64,000 nucleotides of DNA from Candidatus Bathyarchaeota archaeon. Its GTDB lineage: Archaea; Thermoproteota; Bathyarchaeia; Bathyarchaeales; Bathycorpusculaceae. The notes under the pieces are model-generated. The model saw nothing but the letters and a program-made list of their open reading frames with translations. It was not told where the DNA came from and did not search any database. A program made the translations under genes and the position numbers. Of the stretch, positions 29,621 through 39,920 are shown in pieces; the first letter of the stretch is position 1; each line of letters starts with the position of its first letter. The stretch lies in NCBI GenBank assembly GCA_963826715.1, contig CAWGYA010000002.1, positions 160,001-224,000 on the forward strand. The letters run 5' to 3'.

Positions 29621-29701
29621 CATCATAAGCATATAGTTTGAACTTTTTACTGATAAAATCCTTTTTGTGTGCTTATAAGCAACACGCGCTTACTTTGAGC
29701 T

Positions 29702-30280
29702 ATGGAATTCGTAATTAAAAACTCGAGAGTTACCGCCGATGTTATCGGGAAAACTTTGGAATTCCCGAAATATACAACTCAAATTATGAATCTCGCCAAC
29801 CAGAATGCGCAAGGCACAAGACCTAAGGTAGTGGGTCAAATGTCAGAATTGATTGAAGAGTGCCCAAAAGGTCCTTACGATCAATGGGTCAAATGGTATT
29901 CCAATCGAATGCCTGAAGGTGTTGATGCTGCTACGGAGAGGGTTTATAGCATGATTCAAAACCTTGCTGAAGCATTCAAGCTTATTGATAAAGAGCTTGT
30001 ACATATATGGGTTGAAGATTTAGTTCTAACCAAAACATTTACTGGGTTTTGTTTTCAAGAAAGCATTCTGAAAACTATTGCGCAGAAAAAGTGGACTACT
30101 TACAGAAGGTCAACACCTGAAGAAGAATCACAATTTATCGATGGCTACATCGGTGAAACGCCAGTTTCAATCAAACCTGTGACCTATAAAACCAAAAACA
30201 TGCTTCATGAAAACATTAACATTAAACTAATTTATTATGAGAAGTTAAAGGATGGCATAAAAATAGAGTATGATTTTTAG
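29702..30280 (+). CDS. MjaI-family type II restriction endonuclease
   Basis: FPKYTTQIMNLANQNAQGTRPKVVGQMSELI, IDGYIG..PVSIKP. Confidence 0.85.
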   Translation: MEFVIKNSRVTADVIGKTLEFPKYTTQIMNLANQNAQGTRPKVVGQMSELIEECPKGPYDQWVKWYSNRMPEGVDAATERVYSMIQNLAEAFKLIDKELVHIWVEDLVLTKTFTGFCFQESILKTIAQKKWTTYRRSTPEEESQFIDGYIGETPVSIKPVTYKTKNMLHENINIKLIYYEKLKDGIKIEYDF

Positions 30281-31389
30281 TTCTGTTTTATCCAATTCTT
30301 CAATGACTTTCCTTTTTGAATTAAACTATTATCTTCAATCTTGAAAGTAGGCTTTTCTTTGTATTCAATCTCAAATGCTCTATCTTTATTAACGATTTTC
30401 TTTAGCTCTGCAAATTCAATTTCAGTTTCTTGGCTTGTCATCACAGGAAAGCCATAAACGTTGCTAATATGACGTAATTCGCCTTTTTCGCCTGTACGTT
30501 TTTTGACAAACTCCAGATGAGCGTTGATTCTGGTTTCAATCAATTGGTTGGAAAAGTCAACAATCCCTTCAAAACGTGAAGATAAATGGTCTTCAAAGTT
30601 TGGGTCAATTTCAAAGCCTATACTGTTTCGTCCTGTTGACATTGCCGCCATCGTAGTTGTTCCAGTTCCTAAGAAGGGGTCTAAAACTTTATCTTCTCTT
30701 AGTGATAACATGTTTATGAGACGGTAAGCCAACTCGAACGGGTATGCACCACTTCTTTCGCGTATGTTTTTATCGATGTTATTTTGTTTTGTGCCCTTGA
30801 GGTCTTCCCACAAATCGGAAAACCACAGGTTACGCTCTTCCCAAAAGAATGCACTTTTTTGTCTTCTCAATTTTTCTTCTGGTGTTTTAAAATTGCGTTT
30901 GTTACCTTTTCTAAGAACCAAAATATGTTCATGCTCTAAGGTGACATACGCTCCTGCGGGGAGCATTCCAGAACCCATGAATTTGTTTGGAGCGTTGGTT
31001 TGTTTTCTCCACAAAATTTCAGGCAAGGAACTGAAACCTAAACTAACGCAATATTCGAGTATTCGTGAGTGATTGGAATATAGTTTGAATTCGTCACCAA
31101 TTTTTCTTGTGGCGTTGCCTATGTTTATGCATGCAAATCCGCCTTCTTTGAGAACTCTGAAAACTTCAGACCAGACTTTATCGAGCTCTTTATTCATTAA
31201 TTCAAAAGCTTGATTCCCATCTTTATTCGCTAAAGCTTCTCCGATTGATAGATTTTGTTTAGTAAAAATTTCGTCCCACATTTCAATCATTGGATAAGGA
31301 GGCGAAGTAATCATCAGATCGATTGAACGATCTTCTATCTCTTTCATGTTGTTGGCATTGCCGAAAGCTATCTTGTGAATAGTTTTCAT
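30277..31389 (-). CDS. Beta-class amino DNA methyltransferase (probably N4-cytosine)
   Basis: TSPPY precedes VLDPFLGTGTT; convergent with the REase, 4-nt overlap. Confidence 0.9.
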   Translation of the reverse strand: MKTIHKIAFGNANNMKEIEDRSIDLMITSPPYPMIEMWDEIFTKQNLSIGEALANKDGNQAFELMNKELDKVWSEVFRVLKEGGFACINIGNATRKIGDEFKLYSNHSRILEYCVSLGFSSLPEILWRKQTNAPNKFMGSGMLPAGAYVTLEHEHILVLRKGNKRNFKTPEEKLRRQKSAFFWEERNLWFSDLWEDLKGTKQNNIDKNIRERSGAYPFELAYRLINMLSLREDKVLDPFLGTGTTTMAAMSTGRNSIGFEIDPNFEDHLSSRFEGIVDFSNQLIETRINAHLEFVKKRTGEKGELRHISNVYGFPVMTSQETEIEFAELKKIVNKDRAFEIEYKEKPTFKIEDNSLIQKGKSLKNWIKQN

Positions 31390-31877
31390 TGCATCATCGT
31401 GTGAGTATCTAATAATAAATGCTTTTGGCTGGCACTCAAGAAATGAAAAATCTCTTTGATAAGTGAAAGTATGTTATTAGTTAGACTATTGGAATAAACA
31501 AAAAAAAAGTATCATTGCCTGCATATTCAGGATTTTTAGGTTATTATTTTCTTGAAAAATAATTAAAATTTCTCTGTAAACTCGAAACAAGGTCAAACTT
31601 ACCTTAATTCATCGAATAACGCAATATTTCAAGGTATATGTGCTGAATCTTTGATTATATAAAACATTCCTCCACAATATTTACGTGGTGAACATCTCAG
31701 CGCGAATTTGTTCTAAGAATAATAAAATATGCCTCAGAGCACCACAGATTTTAGCTTTCCATATTGAAATTTTCAAGTGAGTTATCAATTGGATTAACTA
31801 CGGAACTACATAAAAGAGTTGTATAAATAAACGCTCTCATTTCATAACTCGGACAATATTTAATTGTAAAGCAAGGG

Positions 31878-32408
31878 CTAAATATTTTTTTTGCGATCCA
31901 TCTTCTTTGTGCCTTTTATTATTAGTTTATTTCTTAGGAAAAACACGACATCAGGAGTAAAAATAGATAAAGATGCCAAAAAGAAATTCAATGGAAACAC
32001 CATAGGGTACTCAAATAAATTGCCCCCATAGGACCCCATAATGTTCTGAATGTTACCCCAAAACTGAAAAATTGACCACAATCCTGCCCATATCAGTGCA
32101 CCTACAAGTCGCCGCATATATTTGCGCCTCCGACTTGCCGCCGGCCCAAGAAGGTTTTGGCTGAAAACTTCTCCTGCGACGGCGCCTGCTCCACCGGGGA
32201 AAAAAGCGTTAATCAAAATCTTCTCGACTAGGTTGCCTGGGATGTAGTGGTCAACCCACGGAACTGCAAACCAGCTCAGTACAGGCAAAAGCACGTTACC
32301 AGTGGCTAAACGAATTAGGACAGGCACAGCGTAGATGAAGGCTCCGCCAAGTTGCCAAATCCAAAACCGTCGAGATCGCAGTGTGTTTTTGAGTGCCTCT
32401 AAAGACAT
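31878..32408 (-). CDS. Hypothetical membrane protein
   Basis: 176-aa ORF with several hydrophobic segments. Confidence 0.7.
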   Translation of the reverse strand: MSLEALKNTLRSRRFWIWQLGGAFIYAVPVLIRLATGNVLLPVLSWFAVPWVDHYIPGNLVEKILINAFFPGGAGAVAGEVFSQNLLGPAASRRRKYMRRLVGALIWAGLWSIFQFWGNIQNIMGSYGGNLFEYPMVFPLNFFLASLSIFTPDVVFFLRNKLIIKGTKKMDRKKNI

Positions 32409-32515
32409 GGGTTTAGTGTAGCAATGGATGTTTTAAAAAGTTTTCAAATGGTTTGGCTATTTATTTTGCAATAGCTTTTTTAGTATTATCCAATTTTACT
32501 TTTGCGGTGTATACA

Positions 32516-33556
32516 GTGGAAGAAGCAACAATTTGGGCTCCAGCTGATGGCGACACCTTTGTCACCTCAGACGGCTTCATAATGAACACGTTTGGCTACG
32601 AGCACCCGGACGACCGCGTCTTTGCCTTTCTCAAATACATCCCCAACAAATACAAAGCGTTTTTCGATGTAGAGATGCTTTCCCGCACATGGAAATTCGG
32701 CACTAACCCTCTAACGGCCCAATTATTTCGAGCTGAGAAGCTCTATACCGCAAAAAATTACCAAACATTCATCGAGGCCTTCCGTAAAAACTTCCCAAAT
32801 TACCTCTTCTACGATGAAACACGCAGCAAAGAACTCATTACGGCACCGCTAGATAAGATTGAGCAAGTATTCGTCCCTAAAGATCGACTTGAATGGTTGG
32901 AGAACTTAGCTAATCCCGATGATCTCCAAAAGCTCTCGCTGGAAATAGTTGATTTAATTAGTAATGAATCAGGAGTCCAGCACAGGGATCTAGGCATCCA
33001 CGGTTCAATCGCCCTAAATATGCATGCTCCTGAATCAGATATTGACTTTGTCGTATACGGTACAGAGAACTTCCGTCGCGTGGAACAAACAATTTCAATC
33101 CTCGTAAATCAGGGTACATTATCTTATATTGCGGGCAATCGTATTGAAGCTGCACGCAAATTCGTGGGGAAATACAAGGGCAAAATCTGGATGTATAACG
33201 CAACCAAGAAACCTGAGGAAATCCTTGGTAAATTTGGAGATTTCACTTACACAGCGCTGGCACCTGTGCGATTCTCTGCAACTATTTGCGATGACACACA
33301 AACCATGTACCGCCCTGCAGTCTACAAAATCAATAATTACCTCCCCCAAGATGCCCAATCTGAACTTGATCTCGACAAAATCCCCCTGCAGGTTATTTCA
33401 AACATAGGTTGCTACAGAAACGTCGCACGCGATGGTCAGCAAATAAAGGTTGCAGGCACCCTTGAAAAAGTCCAGTCAACTTATGATGAAAGATGTTTCT
33501 ATCAAGTTGTGGTGGGAACTGCCACTTCGGAAGAAGAGTATATATGGCCTATTTGA
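32516..33556 (+). CDS. Pol-beta-superfamily nucleotidyltransferase (COG1665-like), paralog 1
   Basis: GYEHP N-domain; [23 protein letters not shown]; OB-like C-terminus; GTG start inferred. Confidence 0.8.
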   Translation: MEEATIWAPADGDTFVTSDGFIMNTFGYEHPDDRVFAFLKYIPNKYKAFFDVEMLSRTWKFGTNPLTAQLFRAEKLYTAKNYQTFIEAFRKNFPNYLFYDETRSKELITAPLDKIEQVFVPKDRLEWLENLANPDDLQKLSLEIVDLISNESGVQHRDLGIHGSIALNMHAPESDIDFVVYGTENFRRVEQTISILVNQGTLSYIAGNRIEAARKFVGKYKGKIWMYNATKKPEEILGKFGDFTYTALAPVRFSATICDDTQTMYRPAVYKINNYLPQDAQSELDLDKIPLQVISNIGCYRNVARDGQQIKVAGTLEKVQSTYDERCFYQVVVGTATSEEEYIWPI

Positions 33557-34617
33557 AGCTAAGAGACCGCGATTCAATCCAGTCGCCAGAAGGAATAATT
33601 TTTCGCGTCTTCGGTTACAGCCACCCATCAAACGCATATATCTGCGATGCAGAATACGCGAGTTCAGACATCTTTCACTCAACTGATCCACGGGCGCCAC
33701 GAGAAGGCAAAGGTACGCTTTTTTACAAATTTTACGGAGACGAAGGTATGAAACTAGTCTCCAAAACCTACCCGCAGTACCTCATTAACCATGATATGCT
33801 AAGGAAAAAAATCGTAGGTGTACCTAAAAATCTTGTTAAGGAATTTCGCCAACCACAACTACGACTAAAGGAACTTTTAAAACAAGGACCAACAGATCCT
33901 TTACTTGCATCTATGGAACGCGTCTTAAGCATCGTAGCATCCAGATCAGGAGTCTCCGTAGACAGTTTCGGCGTCTTCGGTTCAATGCTGCATGGCTTCC
34001 ATCACCCAAAATTTTCGGATATTGACTTTACAATTTACGGAAAAACAGAAAATCGTAAAATCGTGGATATCAACAAGCAACTATATTCTGACCCGACCTC
34101 AGGACTTGCAAATGAGTTCTCTACTGAAGACGTCATGAAAGGAAAAACCTGGCTCTTCAAAAACTTTACTGTACCAGATTTTGTGTGGCATCAACGCCGC
34201 AAATATATCTATGGTCTTTATGACGACCGAAAGCACAGCGGCAGAATCATTAAAGCCGAATTTGAACCTGTCAAAGCTTGGAACGAAATCAAAAACGAAT
34301 ACAACTCCAACTGTCACATCAAACAGTTAGGCTGGGTAAAGCTTAAAGCACAGGTGACGACGGATGCCGAAGGACCCTTTATACCCTCAATATACGGGAT
34401 TAAACCGCTAGAGGTTCTAAGTGGTTCCAAAAAAGCTCTTGAGGCGGAGCGGATTTTTAGTTACATGGAGGAATTCCGACAGCAAGTACAACGCGATGAA
34501 ACCGTAATCGTGGAGGGCACCCTCGAGGAAGTCACATCACCTACAGATAGTTATCTACAGGTTACATTGACGTATTGCCCAAGATACTACGAACAGGTTC
34601 TCAGAGCTCTACATTAG
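33544..34617 (+). CDS. Pol-beta-superfamily nucleotidyltransferase (COG1665-like), paralog 2
   Basis: RDRD..GYSHP; [24 protein letters not shown]; overlaps paralog 1 by 13 nt. Confidence 0.8.
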   Translation: MAYLKLRDRDSIQSPEGIIFRVFGYSHPSNAYICDAEYASSDIFHSTDPRAPREGKGTLFYKFYGDEGMKLVSKTYPQYLINHDMLRKKIVGVPKNLVKEFRQPQLRLKELLKQGPTDPLLASMERVLSIVASRSGVSVDSFGVFGSMLHGFHHPKFSDIDFTIYGKTENRKIVDINKQLYSDPTSGLANEFSTEDVMKGKTWLFKNFTVPDFVWHQRRKYIYGLYDDRKHSGRIIKAEFEPVKAWNEIKNEYNSNCHIKQLGWVKLKAQVTTDAEGPFIPSIYGIKPLEVLSGSKKALEAERIFSYMEEFRQQVQRDETVIVEGTLEEVTSPTDSYLQVTLTYCPRYYEQVLRALH

Positions 34618-35630
34618 TGGCAAAGCACCATGTAGTCGTCAGGTTTGTTACCTAAGATTAGGCGATAATGTTTGCCGCATGTCTTCTGGTTAGTTACATA
34701 CTCAATTTTTCCCTGCAACTCAACTTGTTCTCCGACGGTTGCTTGCATGCAGAATCTACCGCGGTATGAAACGACTTCTTTTATTGGGGAAAGTTCTGGA
34801 CCCTCAAGTACTTTCACGTCATCTAGCACATAAGTGCAGGGAGTAAACAGCGCTTCGGAAGCCTCAACCACTCTCGCTTGGATTTTAACGTAGCCGCTAT
34901 TTCGGTACCAAATATCGCCGTACTGAACGTTTGCTTCACTGTATTCTTTGACAAAGCGGATAAAGTAGTCAGTACCAATGTATTTACCCTGGAACGCTTT
35001 TCGCCTCTCCACTGCTTGAAAATCTTGAAAGCTCATCTTGGTATCTTTTACTCGGAAATCAAAAAGATCATGCAACTCTTGCTCTGAGTAAGGTTTGAAT
35101 CCCGACTCAGGTTCACCCAACAACCTTTGCAATGCAGCGTAGGCTTTGCGGCAATTTTCGGTGCCGTAGACGAGAGGGTCAATATCAGATTTTTCGTTTG
35201 TAAGCTCAGCCATAATTGACCCTGAGACACCAATGCTGCTCCATGGAATATCCGCCTCAGCCTTAAGCGCAGAAGCCAACTGGAGCCCTTTGTACTCTAG
35301 CAGTGTAAGGTCTTTAGCGGAGCGGAGCTCCCAGAGCTTCTCTTCAGGTCGATAATGCTCAATAATTAGGGCTATTGGAACTTCGCATAAGGTTTCGTCG
35401 AAAACGGAGTCGTAAATAACAAGGTCAGGGGCATTTTCCTGCAGGTACCTAAAGCGGTCAGAGAGACTGTAGACTTTGCCGTAGGTTGTTCCTTTCAGTT
35501 TTCGGTTGCCCTCTGGAAGGGGAATGAAGCGGGGAAATGCTATTATTTTGTCAGGGGGGTGAATTGTGCCTTTGACGTCGAAAACCACGCCGTCTCGTGT
35601 TTTAATAAGGTCTCCTTCGCGCGCCTTCAT
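34614..35630 (-). CDS. Pol-beta-superfamily nucleotidyltransferase (COG1665-like), paralog 3
   Basis: REGD..KG.IHPP; GVSGSIMAELTNEKSDIDPLVYG; VVSYRGRFC..A..GE.V...GKIE. Confidence 0.8.
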   Translation of the reverse strand: MKAREGDLIKTRDGVVFDVKGTIHPPDKIIAFPRFIPLPEGNRKLKGTTYGKVYSLSDRFRYLQENAPDLVIYDSVFDETLCEVPIALIIEHYRPEEKLWELRSAKDLTLLEYKGLQLASALKAEADIPWSSIGVSGSIMAELTNEKSDIDPLVYGTENCRKAYAALQRLLGEPESGFKPYSEQELHDLFDFRVKDTKMSFQDFQAVERRKAFQGKYIGTDYFIRFVKEYSEANVQYGDIWYRNSGYVKIQARVVEASEALFTPCTYVLDDVKVLEGPELSPIKEVVSYRGRFCMQATVGEQVELQGKIEYVTNQKTCGKHYRLILGNKPDDYMVLCH

Positions 35631-35704
35631 GATACTTCAGTCCCTGTAAGTTGCTTCAATTGTTTGTAGATTTTTACGAAACCGCTTATTTATAATCGTA
35701 ACTA

Positions 35705-36943
35705 CTAACATTTAGTAGTTCCCCCTTGATGAACTGCACTAAACCGTTTCGGCTTCTTAAAGCAATGGTGTTCTTCTCCGTTGATTTTTACAACGGAATA
35801 TTCTAACCAACCGTCAGAACCTAGCCGTAATATATCTTCAAGACTTGTGGCGCTAGTAGTGTCGAAGTCGTCAGATTGAAAGTTAATTTTCCCTATATAT
35901 TTCATGGTTGATTGAATAGCTTTGTGTCGCAGTAACCGCTTAACTTCTAAAGTGTTACCGTTAGTCTCAAATGCAATCTTTGTACCGCCCCAATGCCTAA
36001 AACCTCTAAGCTCCACTGCTAAGATTCTTTCGGCGCTTGTATCGTCTGGATATAGCTGTTGATTCGCAACGCGACGTTTTAGCCTATTAAACGATATGCC
36101 TAAACTCTGGACCGAATAGGGAAAAATCCGTTGGTTTATGTGGGGTAATGCACTAATCATTGAGAGCAGTTTTGCAGATACCGGAATAGTTCCAGAATTA
36201 TGTCCTTTTACGGGATGGTTGATTTTTATTGTTTGGCTCTTAAGGTCAACGTCTATCCATTCAATACGTCGTGCTTCGCCTGGATCGCAATAAGTTTCTT
36301 TTAGGGTTCTTAGATAGGCAGCCATGCGTTTAGATTGTGCAGCGGTAATAAGCGCGTCTAACTCGCATTCATAAGGCACATACACTTCTTTTTCTTCTTG
36401 TTTATAGCCTGGGTTATCGAAGGGAATCTTTAGCATAGCACAGAAAGCAGCGTAGGCGCTACAATAGAATGCTTTAGTTCCATTGCTAACTTTCTTTATT
36501 TCCTTAGTTTTACGGTCTTTAAATGTAAGCCTGGCAATAGTTGATTTCACGTTTTCGGGTTCAAGTAGATTTACGCCTTTTAATGCTAACTGCCGTATTA
36601 TGCGGGGGTATGCTGTATCACCACTGTAAGCGTTGTTTTCAAGATAGCCATAGAATCGCGTGATTAAGCCGCGTATATCGGGGGAAAGTCTAACATCATC
36701 CGCACAGTCGTGATATTTCTGTGCGAAGCGCAAATTTTTCACCTGTTGATTGGCGCGTATTTGGCTTGGAGCTAAATTGTCATTGACACAATTTAAGCTA
36801 GTCGGTAATGTATATCGGTACATACACCGACGGCAAATATAACGCTGTTTTTCTGTGCCATCAGATAGCTTTCGAGTTCCATCTTTATGCGGTTCTTCAC
36901 TGCCGCATTCGGGGCAAACAAGGGCGGCCACCTTTTGCGACAT
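35705..36943 (-). CDS. Tyrosine recombinase/integrase with N-terminal zinc ribbon
   Basis: CPECGS...YICRRC; PVKGH, FRHW, LLRHK..QSTMKY; ATG lies 1 nt after the primase stop. Confidence 0.88.
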   Translation of the reverse strand: MSQKVAALVCPECGSEEPHKDGTRKLSDGTEKQRYICRRCMYRYTLPTSLNCVNDNLAPSQIRANQQVKNLRFAQKYHDCADDVRLSPDIRGLITRFYGYLENNAYSGDTAYPRIIRQLALKGVNLLEPENVKSTIARLTFKDRKTKEIKKVSNGTKAFYCSAYAAFCAMLKIPFDNPGYKQEEKEVYVPYECELDALITAAQSKRMAAYLRTLKETYCDPGEARRIEWIDVDLKSQTIKINHPVKGHNSGTIPVSAKLLSMISALPHINQRIFPYSVQSLGISFNRLKRRVANQQLYPDDTSAERILAVELRGFRHWGGTKIAFETNGNTLEVKRLLRHKAIQSTMKYIGKINFQSDDFDTTSATSLEDILRLGSDGWLEYSVVKINGEEHHCFKKPKRFSAVHQGGTTKC

Positions 36944-36944
36944 C

Positions 36945-39455
36945 TTAATAATCCTCCTGGGTAGGTTGGGGAGCGGACCAACCATTACAGTTTAAAGGCA
37001 TAGGTTGATCTCTCGGTAACTTCTTAGTGAAATTAGGGCATTTAGACAAGCCAAAAGTGCCGCAATCAAAACCACATTTAAAATTTGAGTTTAGGGTTTC
37101 CCTAAGCGTTGGCGATACAGATGATACAGGCAAAACATACTCTTTATTTTTTACATTATTTTTTTCCACAATAGTAGGAGGATAAAATGCTGTATCAAGT
37201 GTATCACCTGTATCATTTTTAGCGGATAACTCCAGAATTTCGCCTTCATCAGTAATGTTTTTTAGCTTAAAGCCCTTCCAAGCCCTTTCTTGTTTCGGTT
37301 TTCTAATTAAGTGCGGTTTGATTTTTTGTGTTTCTTTAATTTTTTGTTGTAAAAACTTTTCTTCTGGGTCCAAGCCTAAAACGTCACAGTAATTCAAATA
37401 TGCGTCTGTTACTTCGCTTCTAGTTGTTATTGTGTTTTTATCAAGAATGAACATATCTTTGATAAATGCGCTTAATGTGTCGCTTGCTCTTAGAAACTCT
37501 ATTTCTGTTTCTCTTTGTGTTTTGCTTTCGGTGAAATGTCCTTGTTCTAATAAGCGTTGTAAGCCTTGAAGCATCCAATTTAATATACCGCTTCGTTCAT
37601 CATTGATCTTTAACCAATTATCTTCCACATTTTGAATTTGGTTTGTGCCTAAGAATTCATTGGGAAACTTTAAGAATAATCTACGTTCTTTAAATGCGAT
37701 TGTTTGGTCATAGACTTTTGGAAATTTGTTTGCCAATACCGTTATTTTTGCGTAGCTTCTAAAATCTAAACGATCTTGTTTGCCTTTCATTTCTGCGCTA
37801 ATTGTGTCTTGCCCTGTGGCTTTTTTGAGTAAGTTTGTTTGTAAGGCTTTTTTTGTTGAAGGTTCCGAGCATGGATTAAACAGTTTGCCGTATAGCTGTT
37901 TCATTGCGAACCGGTGGTTTCCATCGAATTCTTCTAATCCTACACCTGAAATATTATCTTTACCAAGTATGGCTTCCATTATGCGTTGCCAAACACCTTT
38001 TCCGTTTCTGCCTGTGCCTACCATCCACATCATTTTATGAAAACGGTAGTCTGGTAAAAGCAAAAATCCGCTCCATTCTTGAAGGGTTGGTATATCATCA
38101 TCTGCAACTATTTGTTTAACAAAACTTTCCCAATTTGGACATTTTGCTTCTGGTTCATAGATTATCGGGATTTCTTGAAATGCCATTTCATCTAGATTAA
38201 ACGGTGTTAGTTGTTGGGCTTCAAGGTCTAATAATCCATTAACGCAAGCTATTTTATTGCTAAATTCAATTTTTGTATAGCTTAAACTTACTAGGCTGTG
38301 TAGTATGTTTCTGTAATGGCTTTCTCGATCTTCGTTTTCTAAGATTTTTGTTACTATACTTTTTAATTCTCTTGCGCCTTTGGCTGTCCATCTTCCTGTT
38401 TTTATATCTCCAAAATAAAGTATGTCGGTTTCTTTGTCGGCTTTGAAGTGGTCATGTTCATAAAGCCATAATGCAACTTTAGCGGGTTTGAATTCAGCGG
38501 GTTTCTTTTTTTCTGTGTTGAATGGGAATAAGTCATTATATTTTGGGTATTTTATCCCTTTGTTTTCAACTTGTGTTTTAATTTCATCTATTACTCTTAA
38601 CTCATGTCCTGCCCAGAGTTTTTTTGCTCTTTCTTCTTTGGTTTCGTTTAATTCTTTTCGGTATGTTGCTTTAGCTTCTGCGTTAATTGCGGCTTTTAAT
38701 GCTCTATCGAAATATTCTTGATCTAATAGTGGTGGATCGCATAGTTTTCCAAATCTATTTAATTCTGTTAGGGCTAAATCATATCCAAGTCTTAAGTTTG
38801 CGATTAAATGATAAGCGTAACTCATGGCTTTAGCGTGTCTTTTTCCACTTGCTATGCCTTGTTGCATTTCGTCTAATATTATTTTCTCGTTTTCTGTTCT
38901 ATATGGTTTTAATGCGTTGGTAAAATCGTCATATTCCATTTTTGCGATAGGAACGTCATTAATAATTTTGTATCTGCCCTGTATATGTTCGCCATCTTTA
39001 TTGTAGTAATCAACATCTGTTCCTGCGGCTACGATATATTGATTATTTACTCGAATTTCTCCAGCTCCTATTGCTCTGCCTTTTTCGTCTAAATCGCCTG
39101 GGATATGTAATGTTCCGTTTGGTGGTGCGGTGTTATTTTTTCCCCATACTAAAAAGTAAAAATGTGGCAGTTTTCTTCCGACTGATAAAACTTCGAATGT
39201 TCGGGGTAATACTTTTCTTATTATGTCTGCCATTTCTTGTTTGTCGGTATCAATAGGAACTAAGAAGTCACCGCCCATTATTCCCCAATTTGTTATTCCT
39301 GCTTTTTCTAATTCCTCTGGGGTTTTTAGGTGTTCACAATAGCCTCCTAATTCTTTTGGTGCTTTGTTTGATTTGACTTCAAGAAAACGGTTTAAACTTA
39401 ATTCAGCTTCGCGAAGTCTGAAAATTAAGCGTTCCTGTTCGGGTTTGAAGGTCAT
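36945..39455 (-). CDS. Prim-pol primase fused to D5/P4-family SF3 helicase
   Basis: IDTD, HFYF, GEIR..NQYIVA; PriCT-like GKRH; Walker A GTGRNGKG, KKATGQD, ANKFP, ERSGILNW. Confidence 0.88.
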   Translation of the reverse strand: MTFKPEQERLIFRLREAELSLNRFLEVKSNKAPKELGGYCEHLKTPEELEKAGITNWGIMGGDFLVPIDTDKQEMADIIRKVLPRTFEVLSVGRKLPHFYFLVWGKNNTAPPNGTLHIPGDLDEKGRAIGAGEIRVNNQYIVAAGTDVDYYNKDGEHIQGRYKIINDVPIAKMEYDDFTNALKPYRTENEKIILDEMQQGIASGKRHAKAMSYAYHLIANLRLGYDLALTELNRFGKLCDPPLLDQEYFDRALKAAINAEAKATYRKELNETKEERAKKLWAGHELRVIDEIKTQVENKGIKYPKYNDLFPFNTEKKKPAEFKPAKVALWLYEHDHFKADKETDILYFGDIKTGRWTAKGARELKSIVTKILENEDRESHYRNILHSLVSLSYTKIEFSNKIACVNGLLDLEAQQLTPFNLDEMAFQEIPIIYEPEAKCPNWESFVKQIVADDDIPTLQEWSGFLLLPDYRFHKMMWMVGTGRNGKGVWQRIMEAILGKDNISGVGLEEFDGNHRFAMKQLYGKLFNPCSEPSTKKALQTNLLKKATGQDTISAEMKGKQDRLDFRSYAKITVLANKFPKVYDQTIAFKERRLFLKFPNEFLGTNQIQNVEDNWLKINDERSGILNWMLQGLQRLLEQGHFTESKTQRETEIEFLRASDTLSAFIKDMFILDKNTITTRSEVTDAYLNYCDVLGLDPEEKFLQQKIKETQKIKPHLIRKPKQERAWKGFKLKNITDEGEILELSAKNDTGDTLDTAFYPPTIVEKNNVKNKEYVLPVSSVSPTLRETLNSNFKCGFDCGTFGLSKCPNFTKKLPRDQPMPLNCNGWSAPQPTQEDY
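37114..37215. repeat. Inverted arrays of 9-bp-period GATACA/TGTATCA repeats within the primase 3' end
   Basis: GATACAG x2 at 37114-37130 and (C/G)TGTATCA x3 at 37190-37215, flanking an AT-rich spacer. Confidence 0.65.
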
Positions 39456-39676
39456 TGGTAACGCCTCCGAATTTGTGAATTAGCTATTTCGCTTCGTTGT
39501 GTGAATTCAAAGACACGCGCGGCTTCCATTGTGAAGATTTTTTGCGAAATATAATTTGAGTCAAGCAAGCAATAGGTTTCGGGCTTAAAATTTTTGCATC
39601 GGTCTGTGCATCGGGAGCAACTTGTAATGCCTCGCGGTCTGGAGGTTTTACGCATGAATTCATCTAAGGCTGTCAT
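39452..39676 (-). CDS. Small Cys-rich element protein
   Basis: CSRCTDRC...YC; GGAGG RBS; ATGA overlap with the primase start. Confidence 0.65.
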   Translation of the reverse strand: MTALDEFMRKTSRPRGITSCSRCTDRCKNFKPETYCLLDSNYISQKIFTMEAARVFEFTQRSEIANSQIRRRYQ

Positions 39677-39749
39677 GGCGCAACCTCCTGTAATTTATCG
39701 GCTAGGTCAACTTGATAAAAACTTTTAAGTTGTGACTGTGAATTATATA

Positions 39750-39920
39750 TCAAGTGACAATTCCCTCCTCTAAGTCTAATCCGCTTGTGGTGGGGTTTTT
39801 GTTACTTGGGGCAGTCTGCTTGGCGGCGGTTGCCTCAAGTTTTCTTTTAGATCTATATTGCCGTTGAACTAGTGCCATTGCGGCGCGAATATCAGCGGGG
39901 TTTTTGAATTGTTTTTTCAT
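39750..39920 (-). CDS. 56-aa basic element protein (not in ORF track)
   Basis: GGTGA RBS; MKKQFKNPADIRAAMALVQRQYRSKRK... Confidence 0.5.
   Translation of the reverse strand: MKKQFKNPADIRAAMALVQRQYRSKRKLEATAAKQTAPSNKNPTTSGLDLEEGIVT

Larger units (their letters stand above)
26132..31800. mobile_element. tRNA-anchored defence islet (degraded; right boundary approximate)
   Basis: Begins at the tRNA 3' end; nuclease, MTase, TIR-like genes and pseudogenes; no integrase or attR seen. Confidence 0.65.

Noticed and set aside
32516-35630. NTase trio as CBASS cyclases or MNT antitoxins
   Set aside because: No effector or HEPN partner adjacent, architecture differs from CD-NTases, and the genes lie outside the AT-rich islet with host-like composition
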